From contig NW_021834769.1 in the NCBI RefSeq assembly GCF_006345805.1, forward strand, positions 1 to 26,203: a DNA stretch of 26,203 nt, read 5' to 3'. A program made the translations under genes and the position numbers. This stretch comes from Octopus sinensis (Eukaryota). The notes under the pieces are model-generated. The model did no database searches, was not told the DNA's origin, and saw nothing but the letters and a program-made list of their open reading frames with translations. Below, piece after piece: positions 20,590 to 26,203 of this stretch. Each line of letters begins with the position of its first letter. The stretch's first letter is position 1.

Positions 20590-21227
20590 GAGATTAGAAC
20601 GTATCCCTCCTGAACGGGCCCCTAGTTCATTGTAGGGTTCCTCTTATACACCTGAGCTGATTGGAGTAGCATTGTCTTGCTCAAGAATGCAACGCACCAC
20701 CTGATCCGAGATTTGAAATCACGATCTTGCGCTCATGATTGCAACACGCTAGCCATTACGCCACGCGTCTTCACTATAATCAACCCCTGGGCATTAATGA
20801 CTTGGCTCCTACGACCCTTAAGCCGGTCACCCGATTTCCAAGAGTGCAAGTGAGCCCCTGAACGGGATGCCCGTCCGTTACAGACTTATTTACAGCTGAA
20901 ATTTGTCTCCCCAAAAATACTACGCGCTGCCCGGTCCCTCCGGAAATCGAAACCTTGATCTTGCGATCTCGAACGCGCCTTCACTATTTTCAACCCCTGG
21001 GTGTTAATGACTTAACTCTTACGACCCTTTAACCGGTCACCCGATTTCCATGAGAGCAAGGGACCCCTGAGCGGGACGCCCGTCCGTTACAGGCTTATTT
21101 ACAGCAGAAATTAAGTGCCCTCAAAAATACTACGCACTGCCCATTCCCTCCGGAAATCGAAACCTTGATCTCGCGATCTTGAGCGCAACACCCTTACCAT
21201 TAGTCCACGTGGCTTCACTTAACTCAA
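20590..21227 (-). mobile_element. SINE family C head-to-tail trimer
   Basis: Each unit starts AGTGAAG(C/G/A)C.CG; tRNA-like head with B box GGTTTCGATTTCC; V-like CCTGTAACGGACGGGCGTCCCGCTCAGGGG; junctions near 20990 and 20775. Confidence 0.8.
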
Positions 21228-21589
21228 AATTGCAAAGCTTAAATTTTGTTTGACTTTGTCAGTTCGCCGCCTCGTTGTTTTCCCCACATTTCTACAACTA
21301 TCATCACCATGTCTTCAGCTTTCAGAAATGCTGCACCTGATTTGGCTGTGGCTCCACAGTTTTCTCCCTTTCCCTCGTCCCTCTCGTTCGTTCTTCCCGC
21401 CCTCAACACTATTCTCCATCTGTATAGTATTCTCTCCTTTCACTTCTTGTCTCAATCTGTGCGTTTAGACATCGCCCTCCGCCAGTACCGCCGGCCCTGT
21501 TGTCTGTTGGTAGCCACCACCTCTCACTGTCATCTTTTTATCGGTAGGACATCCATCAAAATTGTGAAAAGGAGAAAGAGAATTGTGAG

Positions 21590-21619
21590 ACACATAGGTA
21601 CGTACGTACGTAGATAGGC

Positions 21620-21683
<64 letters not shown>

Positions 21684-21727
21684 GTGCAGATAGATAGATG
21701 TGCAGATAGATAGATAGATGTGCACAC

Positions 21728-21765
<38 letters not shown>

Positions 21766-21770
21766 ATGTG

Positions 21771-21808
<38 letters not shown>

Positions 21809-21851
21809 TGCACACAGATAAATGGAGATGTAGATAGACAGACGGACAGAC

Positions 21852-21891
<40 letters not shown>

Positions 21892-21985
21892 GCAGATAGA
21901 TAGATAGATAGAGTTGCACACATAAATAGATAGCGATACACACAGACAGATAGATAGATACATAGACAGACAGACAGACATAGAT
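21590..21985. repeat. (GATA)n array with GTGCA variants
   Basis: Direct inspection. Confidence 0.95.
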
Positions 21986-22389
21986 TTGCCTACTGTTTTG
22001 TAGGAGGTCGATCGACGCCATAGCGATTTCACTCTCGGCTCTTCTTTTGTTTCCTTACATACATGTGTTTTGATAGTTTTGTATCAATACCGTCACCAAC
22101 AATGCTCTTTGATATAAAAACTATTTACTTTCTGTAAAAATAGTGAAACTTTGTAAAATGATTAATTTGTCTCAGGTTATTTATGCCATGCTGCTGACTT
22201 TAAACAAGGATGAAACAGTGCATGAAATATGGCAACTAACAAATGCAAATTTGAAGATCTTTATAAATGTATAGGAAAAAAGGATGCTACGGTGTGTATA
22301 TTCTGTACACTTTCTTCTTTACTCTTTGACTTAAATCTCAAACTTCCAAACCTGTCTCAACTTGGCAGCACTTCTTCCAGTTCCTTATG

Positions 22390-22500
22390 TCCAGGGTTCA
22401 AATTTCGTCCTTTCAGAGGAGATCGATAAAATAAGTACCAATTGGGCACTGTGGTCGATGCAATCGATTTCGTTTTTCCCTTAAAATGACTGAAACCATT
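22390..22500 (+). mobile_element. SINE family A, old degraded copy with T2-like tail
   Basis: GGGTTCAAATTTC, GATCGATAAAATAAGTACC, GGTCGATGCAATCGAT, GAAACCATT. Confidence 0.7.
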
Positions 22501-23084
22501 GACGTGGTAAGCTGGCAGAATCGATATAATCGACTTAATCCGTTTGTCTGTCCTTGTTTGTCCCCTCTGTGTTTAGCCCCTTGTGGGCAGTAAAGAAATA
22601 AGTATTTCGTCTGTCTTTACGTTCTGAGTTCAAATTCCGCCGAGGTCGACTTTGCCTTTCATCCTTTCGGGGTCGATAAATTAAGTACCAGTTACGCACT
22701 GGGGTCGATGTAATCGACTTAATCCGTTTGTCTGTCCTTGTTTGTCCCCTCTGTGTTTAGCCCCTTGTGGGCATTAAAGAAATAGGTATTTCGTCTGTCT
22801 TTACGTTCTGAGTTCAAATTCCGCCGAAGTCGACTTTGCCTTTCATCTTTTCGGGGTCGATAAATTAAGTACCAGTTACGCACTGGGGTCTTACGCACTG
22901 GGGTCGATATAATCGACTTAATCCCTTTGTCTGTCCTTGTTTGTCCCCTCTGTGTTTAGCCCCTTGTGGGATGTAAAGAAATAGGTATTTCGTCTGTCTT
23001 TACGTTCTGAGTTCAAATTCCGCCGAGGTCGACTTTGCCTTTCATCCTTTCGGGCCGATTAAATAAGTACCAGTTACGCACTGG
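22501..23084 (+). repeat. SINE-A-derived tandem array R1 (~3 units, 184-199 bp), preceded by a 20-nt head remnant
   Basis: Unit junctions at 22600/22601, 22784/22785, 22983/22984; 15-bp internal duplication TTACGCACTGGGGTC in unit 2. Confidence 0.95.
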
Positions 23085-23087
23085 AAT

Positions 23088-23240
23088 CGTCTACCAAATC
23101 CACTCGCAAGGCTTTGGGCGGCCCGGGACTATAATAAAAGAAAATAAAAACACCTGCTCAAGGTTCCGCACAGTGGGACTGATCCTAAGATCACATGGTT
23201 GGGAACCAAGCACCTCAACCACACAGCCACGCCTGCGCCT
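23088..23240 (-). mobile_element. SINE family B 5' half, degraded
   Basis: Reverse complement starts AGGCGCAGGCGTGGCTGTGTGG; AGTGGATTTGGTAGACG. Confidence 0.8.
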
Positions 23241-23308
23241 TTACATATGCATATGTGTGTGTGTGGGGGGGGGGGGTAAGTATGCGTATAGATGAAAGTG
23301 TATGCATA

Positions 23309-23741
23309 TCTCTCTATATATAAACGGCAGTTTGTCTGTCTGTGTGTCTGTCAGGTTGTACCCTCACCCTGACCACGGCTTTCAACCGATTCTGATGAAA
23401 CTTGACACACACATAGCCCAATGTCATAATTCAAAACTAACGCAGCGAAAATTTTGAAAAGTTCCCCCAGTTCTGAAAAAAAATCGATAAATTCGACATG
23501 GGGTCGAAAATCTAAGCTTTTTATATGCAATACATTTTCTGTCTAGGGGACACAACTCGACCTTTTTATCGCCCAAAGCGACAGCTAGGAACATCGTATA
23601 CACAGAAGTATTCGAGTGAAGAGAAGACATTGCAACCTACACATGCGCCTTCGTTCCCTAGAGGGAAAGGACTAGATTGGGATTAGTCGTTGCCTACTAG
23701 GGGCTCTTACATACCCGGGCAACGCCGGGCTATGCTGCTAG
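23309..23741 (+). mobile_element. Non-autonomous Helitron (433 bp)
   Basis: A|TC 5' end, (GTCT)n near 5' end, CCCGG-GCAACG-CCGGG hairpin (23714-23729), CTAG|T 3' end. Confidence 0.92.
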
Positions 23742-23924
23742 TATATATATAAACACATACAAGTGTATATTCACACACGGGCAACGGTGCATATTTTCTT
23801 CGTCGGCTTTCTTTCTACTCACCCTGTCAGTGAGTGTGAGGTGCGTAACATTCTTGGAAAAGGTCAGTTCAACGAGTGAAGAATCTTTCTGATTATTACA
23901 AGAGTAGGGATATGTGTGTGTGCG

Positions 23925-23932
23925 TAATTATA

Positions 23933-23968
<36 letters not shown>

Positions 23969-24225
23969 TGTATGTATGTATGTATGTATGTATACAGAGA
24001 GGAGGAGAGAGGATGAATGGAAGGGTAAATGGATGGGTGTGTATATAGGTATGTACGTAGGTAAATGCATAGACACCTAGACACACACACACACACACAT
24101 ATATATATACACACACACACATTTATCTATAGATATGTGTATATGTACATATATATATATATGTGTGTGTGTTTATATATGTACTTATACGTATATATAT
24201 ATGTATATGTATATATATATATGCA

Positions 24226-24279
<54 letters not shown>

Positions 24280-24300
24280 CATGCATACACACACGTAAGG
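23925..24300. repeat. (TATG)n/(CA)n/(TA)n microsatellites
   Basis: Direct inspection. Confidence 0.9.
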
Positions 24301-24520
24301 AGATAAAGAGAAACTTAAGTAATAGAAGATATAAGACAAATGCAATGATAAAGGAAAAGAGAAGTAAAAGTATGATGACTAAAAAGAAAGAAAGAAAGAG
24401 AAAGAAGAAAAGAGAAAGAGAAAAGAGAAAGAAGAAAAGAGAAAGAGAAAAGAGAAAGAAAGGCTATCGAATTCCAAGATGTATTATTCAGAGATACTCC
24501 AAGGGAAGCGTCGCCCCTTC

Positions 24521-24975
24521 GTCATTATCATCATCGTCATCATTATCATCATCGTCATCATTATCATCATCGTCATCATTATCATCATCGTCATCATTAT
24601 CATCATCGTCATCATTATCATCATCGTCATCATTATCATCATCGTCATCATTATCATCATCGTCATCATTATCATCATCGTCATCATTATCATCGTCATC
24701 ATCATCATCGTCACCATTATCATCATCGTCATCATTATCATCATCGTCATCATTATCATCATCGTCATCATTATCATCATCGTCATCATTATCATCATCG
24801 TCATCATTATCATCATCGTCATCATTATCATCATCGTCATCATTATCATTGTCATCATCATCATCGTCACCATTATCATCATCGTCATCATTATCATCAT
24901 CGTCATCATTATCATCATCGTCATCATTATCATCATCGTCATCATCATTATCATCATCGTCATCATTATCATCAT
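24521..24975. repeat. 18-bp minisatellite (TCATTATCATCATCGTCA)n, ~25 copies
   Basis: Near-perfect period 18; variant GTCACC recurs at 24710 and 24866. Confidence 0.97.
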
Positions 24976-25362
24976 TAATTCTACAACCATCCCGCATCAT
25001 TGGCATCATCATCATCATCATCGCCACGAGACGCATTCTAGAAATAGCAACCAAATTCCTTCGAATCGTACCTCATTGTCTCAGATAAAAAAAAAAAAAA
25101 AGAGAGCATTTCGGCTACAGTGATTCAAGGGTTCTTGGCACATAGGGGAAAAAGACGGAATGGTCGCAGACTAGAATTCCTTTGATGTTAGGGGCCACTC
25201 AATCAGGGTCTCTTTGGCGTTAAATAACAATGACACCACCCATTACTACTACTACTACTATTACTACTACTACTACCACCACCATCACTACTACTGCTGC
25301 CACTACTATCTCCACCATCATCATCACCACCACCGTCACTACCATTACCAACACCACCATCC

Positions 25363-26203
25363 ATTTCTTTACTGCCCACAAAGGGGCTAAATATAGAGGG
25401 GAAAAACACGGACAGACAAACGGATTAAGTCAATTACATCGACCCCAGTGCGTAACTGGTACTTAATTTATCGACCCCCGAAAGGATGAAAGGCAAAGTC
25501 GACCTCGGCGGAATTTGAACTCAGAACGTAGCGGCAGACGAAATACCAGTTTCTTTACTACCCACAAGGGGCTAAACACAGAGAGGACAAACAAGGACAG
25601 ACAAAGGGATTAAGTCGATTACATCGACCTCAGTGCGTAACTGGTACTCAATTTATCGACCCCCGAAAGGATGAAAGGCAAAGTCGACCTCGGCGGAATT
25701 TGAACTCAGAACGTAAAGGTAGACGAAATACCTATTTCTTTACTAACCACTAGAGGCTAAAAACACAGAGGGGACAAACAAGGACAAAGGGATTAAGTCG
25801 ATTACATCGACCTCAGTGCGTAACTCGTACTTAATTTATCGACCCCGAAAGGATGAAAGGCAAAGTCGACCTCGGCGGAATTTGAACTCAGAACGTAAAG
25901 GTAGACGAAATACCTATTTCTTTACTACCCGCTAGGGGCTAAAAACACAGAGGGGACAAACAAGGACAGACAAAGGGAGTAAGTCGATTACATCGACCTC
26001 AGTGCGTAACTCGTACTTAATTTATCGACCCCGAAAGGATGAAAGCCAAAGTCGACCTCGGCGGAATTTGAACTCAGAACGTAAAGGTAGACGAAATACC
26101 TATTTCTTTACTACCCACTAGTAAACACAGAGGGGACAAACAAGGACAAAGGGATTAAGTCGATTACATCGACCTCAGTGCGTAACTGGTACTTAATTTA
26201 TCG
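25363..26203 (-). repeat. SINE-A-derived tandem array R2 (at least 4.5 units of 182-186 bp, runs off window)
   Basis: Junctions GAAATACC|TATTTC near 25547, 25732, 25914, 26100; same unit as R1 in opposite orientation. Confidence 0.97.

Noticed and set aside
22176-22290. Possible exon after the TTTGTCTCAG acceptor
   Set aside because: All three frames hit stops before a good donor
24488-25054. Asp-rich ORF (DDDDDN)n resembling acidic biomineralisation proteins
   Set aside because: It is the translation of the 18-bp minisatellite; several frames are open, with no signal peptide or splice support
22521-26203. CRISPR-like or rRNA/snRNA array interpretation of the ~184-bp repeats
   Set aside because: No unique spacers or cas genes; the unit is a SINE segment also found as solo copies

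Overview
Eukaryotic, repeat-saturated intronic or intergenic DNA. It is most likely a coleoid cephalopod (Octopus-like); this is inferred from the SINE consensus types and extreme microsatellite density. No complete protein-coding gene is present, and almost all listed ORFs are microsatellite translations. The window holds four tRNA-derived SINE families: A (Meta-domain-like), B (CORE-like), C (CORE+V-like) and D (a long tRNA SINE with an 11-bp TSD). It also holds two canonical non-autonomous Helitrons, an L1/Tx1-like ORF2 remnant, two LINE-type 3' ends, and small islands, several (TA)n-flanked, that look like Penelope-like element (PLE) terminal repeats. One short internal exon is plausible (10327-10399). 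Two observations stand out. (1) There are minimal type I hammerhead ribozyme folds with non-canonical cores: a compensatory U3:A8 core at 6059-6090 (-) and a U6 core at 11409-11450 (+). (2) A family-A SINE variant with a LINE-like tail forms head-to-tail ~184-bp arrays. Its one clean solo insertion has a TSD that begins with the same GGTATTT motif found at the array junctions and in its own head, which suggests a self-targeting or self-concatenating retroposon.
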